A stretch of DNA of 64,000 nt from the human T2T-CHM13v2.0 reference genome, Homo sapiens: NCBI RefSeq assembly GCF_009914755.1, contig NC_060926.1; one strand, 5' to 3'. Of this stretch, positions 30,901 through 44,658 are shown piece by piece. The translations under genes and the position numbers were made by a program. Under the pieces are notes generated by a model. The model was not told the DNA's origin. It did no database searches and saw only the letters and a list, made by a program, of their open reading frames with translations. Position 1 is the first letter of the stretch, and each line of letters starts with the position of its first letter.

Positions 30901-33900
30901 TTATAACACTGTAACAGCAGTATGTAAACTGCTAGTATCTTAAGTAGAAACACTAAACTATGAACCAATTAAGAATTGTAACTATAACAACCTTTTAAGA
31001 CAGATAGTAGAGTAAATTATAAATAGAAACAACAATGTTAAGAAGTGGGAGGATGACATTAAGGCATAGAGTTTTCATTAGTTTACTTTTTGCTTGTTTG
31101 TTTATATAAACAGTGAGGTTTTTATCAGCTTAAAATAATAAATAAGGTTGTATTTGCAAGTGTCATGGTAACCTCAAACCAAAACAAAAACCAGATACAT
31201 AAAAAATAAAAATCAAGAAATTAAAGCATACTACCAGAGAAAATCACCTTCAGCGAAAGGAAAACATGAAGAAAAGGAAGAAGAAAGAAAATACTACAAA
31301 AACAACCAGAAAACAAACAACAAAGTGGCAGGGGTAAGTTCTTATTTACCAATAATAACATTGGATGTAAATGGACTAAACTCTCCAATCAAAAGACATA
31401 GAGTGGCTGAATAGATTAAAAAAAAAAAAAAGACCAAATGATCTGTTGCCAACAAGAAACACATTTCACCTATAAAGACACACGTAGGATGAAAGAAAAA
31501 GTGATGGAAAAGGATATTCTGTGCCAATGGAAACCAAAAAAGAGCAGGAGTAGCTATATTTATATCAGACACAATAGTTTTCATGACAAAAACTATATAA
31601 AGAGAAAAAGAAGAGCAATATGTAATGATAAAAGCAGTACTAAATGGGAAGTTTATAGCTCTAAATGCCTACATTACAAATAATTAAAAACAGTCAAATA
31701 AATAATCTAAGGATACATCTGAAATAACTAAGTAAGCAGGGGCAGACCAACCCCAAAATTTTTAGGAGAAATAAAATAATAAAAGTCAGAGCAGAAATAA
31801 ATTACAATTAAAATTAAGACAATATAAAAAATCAATGAAACGACAAGTTGGTTTCTTGAAGAGTTAAACAAAATTGACAAACTGTTAGCCAGACTAAGAA
31901 AAAAAGATCCAAATAAATAAAATCACAGATGAAAATGAAGACATTGCAGTGAACATGATAGAAATTCAAAGACTCATTACAAATTCCATGAGCAGTTGCC
32001 AATAAATTGGAAAATCTAGAAGAGATGAACAAATTCCTAACACATACAGCCTACCAAGATTGAACCATGAAGAAATCCAAAACCTGAACAGATAAATAAC
32101 AAGTAATGAGATTAAAGCCATACTAAAATATCACCCAATAAATAAAAGCCTCCAATCCGATGGCTTCACTGCTGAATTTTACCAAACATATAATGAAGAA
32201 ATAATATCAATCCTACTCAAACTATTCCATAAAATAACAGATGAGGGAATACTTCCAGACTCACACTATGAGGCCAGTATTACCCTGATAGCAAAAACAG
32301 ATGGCACATTAAAAAAAAAACAATAAACAACAACAACAACAACAACAGCAAAACTGCAGGCCAGTATTTTTGATAAATATTGATGCAAATATTCTCAATG
32401 AAATACTACCAAACAAAATTCAACAATACATTAAGAAGATCATTCATCATGACCAAGAGGGATTTATCCAGGGATGCAAAGATGGTTCAACATACACAAA
32501 TTAATCAATGTAAAACATCACATAAACAGAATAAAGGACAAAAATTCTATGATTGGCCAGATGCAGTGGCTCACACGTGTAATCCTAACACTTTGGGAGG
32601 CCAAGGTGGGCAGATCACTTGAGGTGAGAAGTTCCATACTAGCCTGGCCAACATGGTAAAATCCCGTTTCTACTAAAACTACAAAAAAAAAAAAAAAAAA
32701 AAAAAAACAAAGTTAGCCAGGCGTGGTAGCATGTGCCTGTAGTCCCAGATATTCACGAGTCTGAGGCAGAATAGCTTGAACCTGGGAGGTGGAGGTTGCA
32801 GTGAGCCGAGATTGAACCACTGCACTCCAGCCTGGGGGACAGAGTGAGACTCCATCTCAAAACTAAATAAATAATAATTTTATGATTATTTCACTTGATA
32901 CTAAAAAAAAATTAATAAAATTTAACATCCCTTCATGACAAAAACCCTCAATAAACTGGGTATGGCAGGAAAATACCTCAACACCCAAAAAAAATAAATA
33001 AATAAAAAGCCATATACAATAGACCTGCACCTAGTATTATGCTGAACAGGGAAGAACTGAATGACTTTCATCTAAGATCTAGAGCACGACATGGTTGCCC
33101 CTTTCACCATTGATATTCAGCATATTACTGGATATCTTAGCTAGAGCAATCGAAAAAGATTTTTTAAAAAAGGACACACAAATTTGAAAAGAAGAAGTAA
33201 AACTATCCTTGTTTGCATATGACATAATCTTGTACTTACTAAAAGATAGTCTCTACAAAAAAATCTATAACTGATTAAAAAAACTGTAACAAATTTACTA
33301 AAGTTTCAGTATAGAAAATCAACATGCAAAAATCAGTAGCATTTCTGTATGCCAACAGTGGACAGTGTGAATGGAAATTAAGAAAGTAATCTCATTTATA
33401 ATAGACACAAATATTATAAAATTAAATACCTAGAAATTAACCAAAGAAGTGAAAGACCTATGATATAGAAATCCATGTATTTACAACCATTTCATTTTTT
33501 AAAGGTAGCAATAACATAGAATGGGGAAAGACCAGTCTCTTCAATAGATATTGCTGGGAAAACTGCTAACTATACACAGAAAAAAGAAAATAGACTTCTA
33601 TCTCTCGCCATATGAAAAATCAAATAAAAGTGAATTTGTCATAAATAATAACTGAAACTTTGAAACCTCCAGAAAAAAAAAATGGAGAAATGCTCCAGGA
33701 CATGTGTCCTGGCATTTTTTTTTTTTTTTTTTTATCTAAGACCTCAGAAGCACAGGTAACCAAAGCAAAAATAGACAAATGGTATCACATCAAGCCAAAA
33801 AGCTTCTGCACAGCAAAGGAAACAATCAATAAAGTGAAGAGACAACACAAAAAATGGAAGAAAGTATCTGCAAACTATCTATCTGATAAAGCCTTAATAA

Positions 33901-34322
33901 CCAGAAAATATAAGGAGCTCAAGCTATTAAATAGCAAATAAAAATCTGATTTAAAAATATGCAAAAGGTCTGAATAGGCATTTCTCAAAAAGTTGTATGA
34001 ATGGCCAACAGGTATATGAAACAATGCCCAATAGTGAAGATAATCAGAGAAATAAAAAAAATCCTCAGTGAGTTACCATCTTATCCCAGTGAAAATGGCT
34101 TTTATCAACAACAACAAAAAATAATAATAATGAATGCTGGTGAGGATACGGGGAAAGGAGAACCCTCATATGCTGTTTGTGGAGATGTAAATTAGTACAG
34201 CCACTATGGAAAACATATGGAGGTTTGTCAAAGAACTAAAAATCAAACTATCCCACTGCTTGGTATATACCCCACAAAAGGAAATGTGTATATGAAAGAG
34301 ATATCTGTACTCTCCTGTTTAT
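27920..34322 (+). mobile_element. L1MA1-3/L1PB-age L1 with 5' end, long 5'UTR, ORF1, spacer and deleted ORF2; 3'UTR missing
   Basis: Starts ggggcagagcaagatgacagaat...ataagaaccaaaaatcaggtgag; ORF1 remnant ~29975-30830; ORF2 start ~31326. Internal deletions at ~31634 and ~33460; ends abruptly at tctcctgtttat. Confidence 0.8.
32555..32875 (+). mobile_element. AluS (Sx/Sz-like) inserted in L1, with A25-expanded central linker
   Basis: Alu dimer; TSD aattctatgatt (32543-32554) / aattttatgatt (32876-32887); A-run 32683-32707. Confidence 0.93.
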
Positions 34323-34451
34323 ACAATAAATTTTGAGAAACACGGAACTAACACACCTGTCAAATTACGAATAATAGGAGTTAATCGATATTACAAGTCT
34401 AAATCTTATTCTCTTAAGCACTGAGATTTCTGAAAATAAAGATGCAACTTA

Positions 34452-34529
34452 TTAGGTTGGCGCAAAAGTAATTGCAGTTTTGCCACCGAAAATAATAGCA
34501 AGAACTGCAATTTTTTTGCACCAACCTAA
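34452..34529. mobile_element. MADE1 (Hsmar1 mariner-derived MITE), palindromic
   Basis: ttaggttggcgcaaaagtaattgcagttttgcc...gcaagaactgcaatttttttgcaccaacctaa flanked by TA on both sides (34450-34451, 34530-34531). Confidence 0.95.
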
Positions 34530-35559
34530 TAGAATGTCTGAATAGCACTCTTAAGTCCAATGTGCATTTGGAGGATTCAGACCAATCAGGTTATTTGACT
34601 ACATGATCTCTAAGAAGCCTACAAATTCTGAGATGAAGAGATTATTTGTACGAGAACACGCTGATAATTAATGGTAGACCTGAGCAAGGAGCCCAGGCCT
34701 CCTGGATGTACGTCTAGTGCTCCCTTCACCCTACCTATCTTTTCTCTGTTAATCAGGTATACTGGAAAATAAAAACTGCTTGTTAAAAGTTGGTTATGAC
34801 TGACACTTTCACATAAACTTCATATTTCTTACTTTTTATTACTTAACAGTAGTTTTGATGTTAAATAATCCATTATGTCCTCTGACTATAAACTCAACAT
34901 AGTGAAACATTTATCCACAACCATCTATTATAAATGTGCAAAAATACACCATGCCATTCAGATTTTTCAGTTGCTTTCAGGTCACTGTGTAAATTACAAT
35001 GATAGATTGAAATAGGTCATCCATTTCTTTATTCAGCATAAAGTATTATTATCAAAGGTCATTAGGCATCGCATTATTTCCAACACTGGTTTAGTATCCA
35101 TAGTCATGTGTCTCACAAATTATGCTCTGCAGAACATTACATTTAAAAAATATTCTATAAAGGAAAGTTTCTCATTGCAATATATTCAGCAAATACTGCA
35201 TATTCTGTATCTCTTCTTGATATTCAATATTAATAAAATTATAAGCTCTGAAAAGCCCTACAATGAAGAATCCCACTCTTCTATGCAGTTTTCCAAGCTT
35301 AATTGATCATACAACCTATTTTTCCTGTACAACATATTAACATCCAATATAAATGCTGTTGTATAGATGATAATTAGTTACACCTTTCTAGATTTGCTGG
35401 ATAAATCTAACAATTGTTAAGATTCTGAATTACCATACATCCAGGGATCTTCCTGTCTGTCAAGTCACATTAGGATCTTAATTCCCTCTGCTACCCAGAC
35501 AGGGTCTATTCCTGAGATTATCTTCAGTGTGTCGGTCAGTCCTGTTAATACTACACAGG

Positions 35560-35840
35560 GAATGAATTCATATATCATCAAGAAACTTCATACACCTGTC
35601 TCCTGCCACTGTTCATTTCCACTATATGCTCCAGTTATTCACTGACATTAATTGTAGTACTTCCAATTTTTTAGATCTCTACTTTACTGTTCTATAATCT
35701 CAGTGAGGATAGGGGTCCTTTCTCTTTAGTCATCACCATATTCTCAGAATCTATAATTGTATCTGGCACTAGAATGTATTTAATATGTATTTAGTGAATA
35801 ACTGAATGAATGAATAAATGAAATAATGTATTGAATGACT
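35560..35840 (+). mobile_element. L2 3' end
   Basis: tatctggcactagaatgtatttaatatgtatttagtgaataactgaatgaatgaat is the typical L2 3' (GAAT)n terminus. Confidence 0.6.
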
Positions 35841-37315
35841 AATAAGGGGCAAATTAGGGGCTTTCAATGTTTACACAGGAGATTGCAGCTGTGGGTTGCA
35901 GGGAGATTGTACCTTTCAAGTGCTTTCACTGTTTTTATCATGTATTTTGTAATTACTATTTGTAGTATCCTTAGACAAAGGAGGCTTAAATGTAAGAATT
36001 GTATCTCTTTAATTCTCTAACCCCATAATTCTTAATACAATATCTAAACATAATAATACTTAATTTCAAGAAAATAATATTCTATACTGCCAGTGCCTGC
36101 TCAACCAAGCAAAATACTATTTTAGGTATAATGTGCTAACTTTACCCAAACCAATAGCTGTGATTATTTCCAAAGATTTTCTTCAAATACGTTTATTAAG
36201 TGTACATATACAGTCCTAAATTAATAGGTAAATAAAATAATTTTTCAGATGGGAAAAGTCACATTAAAAGATAGGCATAAAACAGAACTGTTAAACAATG
36301 ACTTAGGCCCTTTTTAAGAAAAATCAGTAAACACACCTCTAAATCTTGTTCAGGGCCTATTCAATTATTTGACATCGTTGTCATGCTGTATGCCCCAGAA
36401 GCAATTTACCCTGTAGCCTCTACCTCACCCAGACCAAATATTCAGCACCCCATGTGTTGACTGTTTACTATCCTATATTAGAATTAGAATTTCTATCCTA
36501 CACTAGAATTCTTTTTCTTCAACTATTATGTTATACTATTAAGGTTAAATTAATATATGCTAAAGTGTTAATGGATATACTCTATTACTCTGATCAAACA
36601 TTGTCAATTCAATGTACGGCAATAATATAAATGAGAAATCATGACTGAATATACAATTGTAGACATTGTAGTCAGTCTAATGCAGCCTCTGGATTTAAAA
36701 TTTTGTGTGAATTGTTTGCTAGAATTTCACTATATCTACTGTACCAAACAAACTACTTGCTCTTAATAATTGTAAAATATGTTCAGGTGCATCTTCAAAC
36801 ACATCTAATGACCGTGTCCAATAATCTGCAGATTTTGGTAACAAAATTCAGCAAAGCCACATATCGTCAGTCATTAAAAGAATACAGACTATCCAGATGA
36901 GGTAATTGTCCCCCTACACCATATTTAAGACAATAAATGCAATTTCAGTGCTACAGTCCATATTATTTGAACTCCTACTATATTCAAGGAAATGTAATTA
37001 GTATGCAGGGAGTACAGTGATAACAGAATATAACCATTATCTTCAAGAAAATAAGTCTATACAGCTATTGTCTGTTCAACCAAGAAAAATACTATTTTAG
37101 GTACAATGTGCTAGCTCTACCAATGCCAACATTTTATACTTTGTGAATATTTCCAAATTGAAAATTTACATTTTTTAAACCCCTTTAACAAAATGGCCTT
37201 TCATACATGATCCCATGTATCTCATATGCTCAATGATGTATGATGCATTACATTAAATAAGAAACTTCTTTGATGTCACATTTTACATTTTAAATGCACA
37301 TTTTTTGATACCTAA

Positions 37316-37663
<348 letters not shown>

Positions 37664-38086
37664 TTCAGTTTTTAATATATTAGCATAAAGCATATATATT
37701 ATTTATTTCAGAGTATGCTAAAAGCATTTTATTAGATTAATTTTTTCTCTTTAGCTTTTCTTGGGTTTAATGAAGTATTTATATACCATTTTTTGTTTTC
37801 CTTTTTTTGTTAGTTCATAATGTATACAATCTATTTAATTATTGGAAATATTTCAGCGTTTGTGTCATACTTGATTTATAAAGGTTAAAATTACTTTTTA
37901 CCTTTGTTATTCTCAGATAGTGTAAGGAACTAAAAAGGATGAAACATTGCTCACCGATATTTGCAATCAAATATCGGTGATCAGTGCCCACATGGTTTTC
38001 ATAGTACGTAAGTTTTACCTCGTTTTACCTCATTTTACTCAACTCTCATGATTAGCCATCATTTTTTCTATCTTAAAAGTCAATGG

Positions 38087-41000
38087 AGGGCAGGGCCAAG
38101 ATGGCCGACTAGAAACAGCAGGGTTCGAAGACTCCCACAAAAAAGAAACATAATAAGCGTGTGAATCCTTCACTGGCAACCAAAGTAACTAGTTCTCTCA
38201 TCAAAATTGACTAGAAGGCTAGCATGACCCAGGGAGAGAAGGAAGAACAGTGTGGTGCAGCCGCCCACCTGAGAGCCACATGGAAAAGGGGAAGCCCCTC
38301 CCCGAAGCAAAGGGAGGCAGTGAGTAAGCATACTACCCAGCCAGGAAAACTGCTTTTTCCACGGAACTCTGTAACCCACGGATCAGAAGATCCCACACTC
38401 GAACCCACGCCACTGGGGCCTAGTGTCCCAACCCCGGAACATGCAGATTCTTACAGTCTCTCAGCTAGAATCTGCTTAAGCCTACCAGGGGGGAGGGGCA
38501 ACCAGCACTGGCTGCGCCAGCCTGAGGCCTAAGCCTTTTGGTCTCCTTGGGGAAGGGGCAGCAGCCAGCACTGGGCCTCACAACTGCCTAACAGGCTAAG
38601 CTCCCTGAGGAGGGGAAGGGCGGCACCCATTTCTATGGCCCCAGGCTGCGCTTTTCCCCTGCTAGATCCAGGGAGACTGGATGGCTTGGTCCCAAGACTT
38701 GTCCCCACAGCCCAGCACACCAGCTGTGGCTGTCTGTGGCCAGAGTGCCTCTTCAGGCCTAAACCTGTCCCATCCTTCCTTATTGGGCGGGGTTTCCCTG
38801 CAGGAGCTCCAATAATTCCAGCCAGAGGCTCAGGGACAGAATTCAGATCTCCTTGGGCCTGAGCCTTAGTGGGAGGGAGGGACACAGTCTCTGCTGACCA
38901 GCAGATTCAGCCCCTCCTCCTGGTAGTTCTGTGGAATCTGGGCAGCCCAGATGAGTGGGTTTCCCCCCAAGTGAAGCACACCCTCTCCACCAAGGGACAA
39001 AGTGCTTCCTCAAATGGATGCTGCTCCCTGTGCCATCCAACTGGGTGAGACACAAACAGGGGTTGTCAGACACCCTATGCAAGAGTGATCCTACTGGCAT
39101 CAGGCTGGTGTCCCTTGAGGTCAGAGGTCCCAGAAGAAGGAGTGGGCACCCATCTTTGCTGTTCTCCAGCCTTCTTGAGTGACATCTCCAGGCATGGGAG
39201 CGAATCAGATGAATAGGGCCTGAAGTGAACCCTCAGCAAACTGCAGCAGCCCTACAGAAGAAGGACCTGACTATTGAAAGAAAAACAAGCAGAAACTGAA
39301 AACAACAGTGTCAACAAAAAGAACAAAAAATGGCCCCACAAAAACCTCATCCAAAGATTAGCAGCCTCAAAGTCCAAAACTAGACAAATTCATGAAGATG
39401 TGAAAGAATCACCAAAAAAAAAAAAAAAAACCACACAAACAAACAAAAAAAACTGCTGAAAACCCAAAAGGCCAGAGTGCCTCTTCTCCAAATGATTGCA
39501 ACGTCTCTCCATCAAGGGCGCAGAACTGGATGGAGAATCAGATGGACGAAATGACAGAAGTGGGCTTCAAGAGATGGATAATAAAAAACTACACTGAGCT
39601 AAAGAAGTATGTTCTAACTCAATACAAAGAAGCTAAGAACCTTGATAAAAGGCTACAAGAATTGCTAACTAGAATAACCAGTTTAGAAAGAAGCAAAAAC
39701 AACCTGATGGAGTTGAAAAACACAGCATAAGAAATTCGTGAAGCATACACAAGTATCAATAGCTGAATCAACCAAGCAGAAGTAAGGATATCAGAGTTTG
39801 AAGACCACCTTACTGAAATAAGACATGCAGACAAGAAAAGAGAAAAAAGAATGAAATGGAATGAAGAAAGCCTTTAAGAAATATGGGACTTCATAAAAAG
39901 ACCAAACCTACGATTGATTGGAGTACCAGAAGGAGAAGGAGAGAATGGAAACAAGCTGAAAAACACACTTCAGGGTATTATCCAGGAGAACTTCCCCAAC
40001 CTAGCAAGATGGGCCACCATGCAAATTCAGGAAATACAGATAACATCAGTAAGATACTTCACGAGAAGATCAACCCCAAGACATAATTATCAGATTCTCC
40101 AAGGTCAAAATGAAGGAAGAACTGTTAAAGGCAGCCAGAGAGAAAGGCCAAGTCACCTACAATGGAATCCCATCACACTAAAAGCAGACTTCTCAGAAGA
40201 AACTCTACAAGCCAGAAGAGATTGGAAGCCAATATTCAACCTTCTTAAAGAAAAGAATTTTCAACCCAGAATTTCATATCCAGCCAAACCAAGCTTCATA
40301 GGTGGAAGAGAAATAAAATCCTTTCCAGACAAGAAAATGCTGAGGGATTTCATTACCACCAGTCCTGTCCTATAAGAGCTCCTGAAAGAAACACTAAACA
40401 TAGAAAGGAAAAACTGGTACCAGCCACTGCAAAAACACAGCAAAATATAAAGACCAATGACACTGTGAAGAAACTGCATCAACTAGTGTGCAAAATAACC
40501 AAATAGGATCATGATGACAGGGTCAAATTCCCACATAGCAATACTAACCCTAAATGTAAATGGGCTAAATGCCCCAATTAAAAGACAGAAACTGACAAAT
40601 TGGATAAGGAATCAAGACCCATTGGCGTGCTGTATTCAGGAGAGCCATTTTATGTGCGAAGACACATGCAGGCTCAAAATAAAAGGTTGGAGGAAAATTT
40701 ATCAAGCAAATGGAAAGCCAAAAAAAAGCAGGGGTTGCAATTCTATTCTCTGACAAAACAGACTTTAAACCAACAAAGATCAAAAAAGACAAAAAAGGGC
40801 ATTACATAATGGTAAAGGGAATAATTCAACAAGAAGAGCTAGCTATTTAAAATATATATGCACCCAATACAGGAGCACCCAGATTCATAAAGCAAGTTCT
40901 TAGAGACCTACAAGGAGACTTAGACTCTCACACAATAATAGTGGGAGACTTTAACACCCCATTGTCAGTATTAGACAGATCAATGAGAAAGAAAATTAGC

Positions 41001-43496
41001 AAGGATATTCAGGACTTGAACTCAGCTCTGGATCAAGTGGACCTAGTAGACATCTACAGAACTCTTTACTCCAAATTGACAGAATATACATTCTTCTCAG
41101 AGCCACATAGCACTTATTCCAAAATTGACCACATAATTAGAAGTAAAACACTCTTCAGCAAATCCAAAAGAACTGAAATCATAACAAGCAGTTTCTCAGA
41201 CCACAGTGCAACCAAATTAGAACTCAGGATTAAGAAACTCACTCAAAACCACACTATTTCATGTAAATTGAACAACCTGCTCCTGAATGACTCCTGGGTA
41301 AATAATGAAATTATGGCAGAAATAAATAAGTTCTTTGAAACCAATGAGAACAAAGAGACAGCATATCAGAATCTCTGGGACACAGCTAAAGCAGTGTTAA
41401 CAGAAAAATTTAGAGCACTTTCATTAGAAAGCTAGAAAGATCTCACCGTCTGTCACCACTCCTATTCAAGATAGTATTGGAAGCTGTGGCCAGGACAATC
41501 AGGCAAGAGATCGAAGAAAAGGGTATTCAGATAGGAAGAGAGGAAGTCAAGCTGTCTCTGTTTGCAGACAACTTGATTTTACATTTAGAAAACCCCTTCA
41601 TCTCAGTCCAAAAACTTCTTGAACTGATAAGCAACTTCAGCTAAGTCTCAGGATACAAAATCAATGTGCAGAAATCACAAGCATTCCTTTACACCAACGA
41701 TAGGCAAGAAGAGAGCCAAATCATGGATAAACTCCCATTCACAATCACTACAAACAGAGTAAAATACCTAGGAATACAGCTAGCAAGTGATGTGAAAGAC
41801 CTCTTCAAAGAGAACTACAAAACACCGCCCAAGAAAATAAGAGAGGACACAAACAAGTGGAAAAACATTCCATCCTCATGGATAGGAAGAATCAATATCG
41901 TGAAAATGGCCAAACCATCTGAAGTAATTTATAGAGTCAATGCTATTCCCATCAAACTACCATTGATATTCTTCACAGAGTTAGAAAAAAAACTATTTTA
42001 AATTTCATATGGAATCAAAGAAGACCCTGTATAGCCAAGACAATCCTAATCAAAAAGAACAAAGCTGGAAGCATCACGCTACCTGACTTCAAACTATACT
42101 ACAAGGCTACAGTAACCAAAATAGCATGGTACTGGTATCAAAACAGACATATAAACCAACAGAGCAGAACAGAGACCTCAGAAATAACACTACGCATCTA
42201 CAACTATCTGATCTTCAACAAACCTGACAAAAACAAGCAATGGGGAAAGAATCTCCTATTCAGTAAATGATGCTGGGAAAACTGGCTAACCATATGCAGA
42301 AAACTGAAACTGGACCCCTTCCTTACACCTTGTACAAAAATTAAGTCAGGGTGGATTAAAGACTTAAATTTGAAACCTCAAACCATAAAAACCCTAGAAG
42401 AAAACCTAGGCAATACCATTCAGGACATAGGTATGGGCAAAGACTTCATGACAAAAATGATGAAAATATTGCAACAAAAGCCAAAATTGACAAATGGGAT
42501 CTAATTAAACTGAAGAGCTTCTGCACAGCAAAATAAATTATCATCAGAGTGAACAGGCAACCTACAGAATGGGAGAAAATTCTTGCAATCTACCCATCTG
42601 ACAAAGGTCTAACATCCAGAGTTTCCAAGGAACTTAAACATATTTACAAGAAAAAAACAACCCCATCAAAAACTGGGCAAAGGATATGGACAGACACTTC
42701 TTAAAAGAAGACATTTATGTGGTCAACATATGAAAAAAAACCTCAACATCACTGATCATCAGAGAAATGCAAATCAAAACCACAATGAGATACCATTTCA
42801 TGCCACTCAGAATAGCGATTATAAAAAAGTCAGGAAATAATAGATGCTAGCAAGGCTATGGAGAAATAGGAACACTTTTACACTGTTGGTAGGAATGTAA
42901 ATTAGGTTAACCATTGTGAAAGACAGTATGGTAATTCCTCAAGGATCTAGAACCAGAAACAAAGTTGGACCCAGCAATCCCATTACTCATTATATAACCA
43001 AAGGAATATAAATTATTCTACTATAAGGGCACACACACACGTATGTTTATTGCATCACTGTTTACAATAATAAAGACATGCAATCAACCCAAATGCCCAT
43101 CAATGATAGACTGGATATGGAAAATGTGGTACATATAAACCATGGAATAGTACACAGCCATAAAAAGGAATGAGATCATGTCCTTTGCCGGGACATGGAT
43201 GAAGCTGGAAACCATCATCCCCAGCAAACTAACACAGGAACGGGAAACCAAACACCACATGTTCTCACTCATAAGTGAGAGTTGAAGATTGAGAACACAT
43301 GGACACAGAGAGGTGAACAACACACAGGAGGACCTGTTGGGGGATGGGGGTTGAGGGGAGGGAACACAGAGGACAGGTAAATAGGTGCAGCAAAACACCA
43401 TGGCACACATATACCTATGTAACACTGCATGTTCTGCATATATATCCTGTTTTTATTTTTTTAGAAGAAATAAAGAAAAAAATTAAGAAAAGAAAA
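38087..43496 (+). mobile_element. L1PA8-type element with intact 5' end and ~1-kb internal ORF2 deletion
   Basis: 5' gggccaagatggccgactagaa (YY1 38097-38107); ORF1 remnants 39398-40450; ORF2 MMTGSNSHIAILTLNVNGLN at 40511. Jump at ~41445 from aaagatctca to ccgtctgtcaccactcc; 3' end ...tatcctgtttttatttttttagaagaaataaag. Confidence 0.9.
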
Positions 43497-43725
43497 TGAT
43501 GATAAAGACTGACAAATATTTTCCCCATGTTAAAACAGGTTGATTTCCTTCTACTGAGTTGTAGTCATTATATATTCTGGACATATGTCCTTTAGGAGAT
43601 ACATATTTTTTCTCAGCCATGGCATTATCTTCTCATTTTCTTAACAGTATCTTTTGAGAAGTATAAGTGTTTATTTTGATGAAGTAAATTTTATCAATTT
43701 ATTTTCTAAAAAAAAAAGTCCATGG
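43497..43725 (+). other. Putative L1 3'-transduced segment + second A-tail + TSD
   Basis: TSD aaaagtcaatgg (38075-38086) reappears as aaaagtccatgg (43714-43725) after an A10 run (43708-43717); variant PAS agtaaa at 43683-43688. Confidence 0.8.
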
Positions 43726-44650
43726 TAATTTAGATTTACTCAACATGGATTTGCAGTTTATTTGCTTGTCACTGCTATCTCACTGTTTTCTAGATGATAC
43801 TCTTTCTTCCTGAAGTGCATTAATTAGTGTTTCTTTGTTTTTCTGAAAATATATTCACTTTTCTTTTACTCCTTGGGAATAATTTAGGGTGTGAACTTTA
43901 GGATGGAAGTGATTTTCTTCAGTATTTTGTATTTTTCCTTTTATTACTTTGTAGATGAGAAGTCTGTTATCATCTTAACTTTTGTGATTATTTCTTTTTG
44001 TGTCTGATCACTTTTAAAATTAGTTTTTGTTTTTGGTTTTCAACACTTCTACTATATATGTCCAGGTGAGTGTTTTTTCATTATAAAGACGTTCCAGTTT
44101 TCTTTAAGACCATCTTGCATTGTCTTTATGAATATTGCCTCACAAAGCTATTTTTTGACAATTTTTAGTTGTATTTTGGAACATCTTGTCTTATTTTTTG
44201 TGTCTCTTAATTACACTTCCACAGATCTCTGTGCAGCATTCTGGATAATTTCTTCAGATCTATTTTCTATATGATTAATTATCCCCTCAGCTGTGTATTA
44301 TTCAATATTTAATTATTCATATTTAATAAAAAACTATACTAGTTTTTTTATTTCTAAAAGTTCATTTTAGTTGTTTTAAATAATCCAATTCATTTTTTCA
44401 TTCTGCGATTTCTCCGGTAAGTTTTGCTTTTCATTGTAATTTTATTTTTCTATCCTGTGATCCAGTTAGTTTAAGTTTCTTCAGAGAATAGGTTTGCATT
44501 AGCTTACGATTACTACTTTAGTACTTCTCCCAGTGTAGTATCAGTGTTTCATTTCTTAGCTTGGGATTTCTCAATAACAAAGGTAGAGTAAATTTGGATG
44601 CCACATTCATAAGAGGCAAGGCTTTGGAGTGTCAGTTGCTCAGGAGGCAG
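43726..44650 (-). mobile_element. Ancient L1ME-type fragment (host of the L1PA8 insertion)
   Basis: T-rich degenerate L1 ORF1/inter-ORF antisense (gatgagaagtctgttatcatctta; ctctgtgcagcattctggataatttcttcagatc). Confidence 0.6.
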
Positions 44651-44658
44651 TGTGTCCC

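Noticed and set aside
38170-39182. Cluster of GC-rich ORFs (also 53071-54094 and 28222-29879)
   Set aside because: All lie within L1 5'UTRs; GC-rich sequence lacks stops by chance.
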